A stretch of 64,000 nt of DNA. Origin: Schmidtea polychroa. Lineage: Eukaryota. Each line of letters starts with the position of its first letter. Position 1 is the stretch's first letter. A program made the position numbers and the translations under genes. The stretch covers positions 496,001 through 560,000 of the forward strand of contig CM097885.1 in the NCBI GenBank assembly GCA_044892525.1, read 5' to 3'. This document shows positions 62,363 through 64,000 of the stretch, one piece after another. The notes beneath the pieces are model-generated. The model did not search any database. It had not been told where the DNA came from and worked only from the letters and a program-made list of their open reading frames with translations.

Positions 62363-64000
62363 TATTTTATTTATTTCTTTATTTTTTCTTAAATTTTACA
62401 TTCATTATATTCTAACAAGAGAGTTAATTATAACAATAATATTTCAATTTGTATAAAATTTTAATTAGTAATTATTCAATTTGAATAAAATATTTATTAG
62501 AAATTATTTAATTTATTATAAAATAAAACGCTGTGTTAATTTTAAATAAACTGGATATTAATTTTTTGGAAAAAATAAATAAATAAAATAGTCTAAAAGG
62601 TTAAATTATGGTCTAAAATTTAAAATTTAAAAATTGAAAATTGAAAATTAATATCTAAACTAATCAAACTAAATCAAACGCTATAACCTTAATTCAAGAA
62701 TTCACTAAAGTAGATCAGAAGATATTAATTATCAAAATGTAACAAAGACTCTGAAATTCATCAAATTTATCTAATGACCTGGTGATATTCAATACCATTC
62801 TCAAGAATGCTAAAGTCGGGAATTCTTTGAATTTAACAAATAAATAAAAAATTAAATAAAAAATTATTGTTGATTATAGTTTATCATTAATTATTTTTTT
62901 GTTAGGGGTTGTAAAGAAAATACTTTGTCAACACAAGATTTTTAAACTTATTAACAAAAAGTTGGAATAATAGTCAGTAATTGAGAATTGAAATTTTTTA
63001 ATGAAAATCTTTAATAGAAATGTTTTAAGATAATTTTTAATGATAATAAAAAGAAAGAACCTTATTTAATGCTATATCCTCTATAGCACTTAAAAAACTC
63101 TCGACGCAATCTAAACCTATGAACTGTTGATAAGATTTAGATCCATCAAAGTTATTTACAAGTAAAAGACCAGAAGATATTGGCATGTGTCGTTTGAAAT
63201 GAACATTATCAGAAGGTAAAATAGCCTCAAAATCGGCATCAACTACAAAAGGAGGAGTTACTGTTTTCGACCAGTCAGTAAACTGTAATAATTTATTTTG
63301 AGGGAAGGTGTAAATAGTTGTTCCTAACTGATTTTTTATGTGTTTAGTTAATGTTTATATGTTTTGTTATGTGTCTAGTTATTTTTATGTGTTTAGTTAA
63401 TTTTTATGTGTTGTATAGTATTTGGTTGAAATAATAATATTATTATTAATCTATAAAAAAAAATTTCATTAAAAAAATTTACTTAAAAAATTAATCCACT
63501 AAAATTTTCGTTGAAAATTATCTTAAAAAATTTTTATTAAAGATTTTCATTAAAAAATTTTTCAATTCTTAATTACTGACTATTATTCCAACTTTTTGTT
63601 AATAAATTTAAAAATCTTACTTTAATTTTCTTATTACTTTAATTAAAAAATTTGAAACTTAATTTACTTATTTCAGCCCATTGATTACCAAATATATCTA
63701 TTAATTTACTTTAATTCAAAAATCTTAGCCCATAATTTACTATATTTCAATTTTTAGACCCTTAATTTACTGTAATTCAATTTTTGAACCATCATTTACT
63801 TTAATTTTAAATTTAAGAACCATAATTTACTTTAGTTTAAAAATTTGAACCTTTATTAACTAATAAAAGTTAAATTATCATTTTCAATTAATATTTTACA
63901 AACATAAAATTACAATATTTGAAATTCTAAATATCTCTATTAACATGTTTGCAATTAATTTTAAAAATACAAAAATTTTACAAAATTTTCAAATTGAATA
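60121..64000. repeat. Unit U4 (start), runs off the window; includes a pPolB ExoI fragment at ~63060-63335
   Basis: Offset ~29826 to U2. Shares with U2 the short deletion at AAAATAT^CCACCCG. Confidence 0.97.

Overview
Very AT-rich eukaryotic (probably invertebrate) repeat-rich DNA with no convincing host gene. (1) 1-19.2 kb: two large inverted duplications (1-1543/2211-3753; 8328-10290/13751-15742), a dispersed TA-flanked TIR-like motif, satellites and two candidate Polinton termini (8324, 19190). (2) 20-64 kb: a nested tandem amplification. A ~10.26-kb unit carrying decayed R2-like and NeSL/Utopia-like retrotransposons sits inside a ~29.83-kb higher-order repeat. (3) 44231-53320: the left part of a Polinton/adintovirus-like endogenous DNA virus. 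It encodes pPolB with an endonuclease VII-like insert, a membrane protein, a fibre-like protein, penton, an adenain-like protease and a truncated conserved ORF. It is cut by the duplication breakpoint, so no major capsid, ATPase or integrase gene is in the window. A tRNA-sized Pol III-type unit and an in-frame -1 slippery heptamer lie at the 5' end of pPolB. Three further kinds of pPolB relic show repeated Polinton colonisation. All calls come from manual motif reading; no searches were run.
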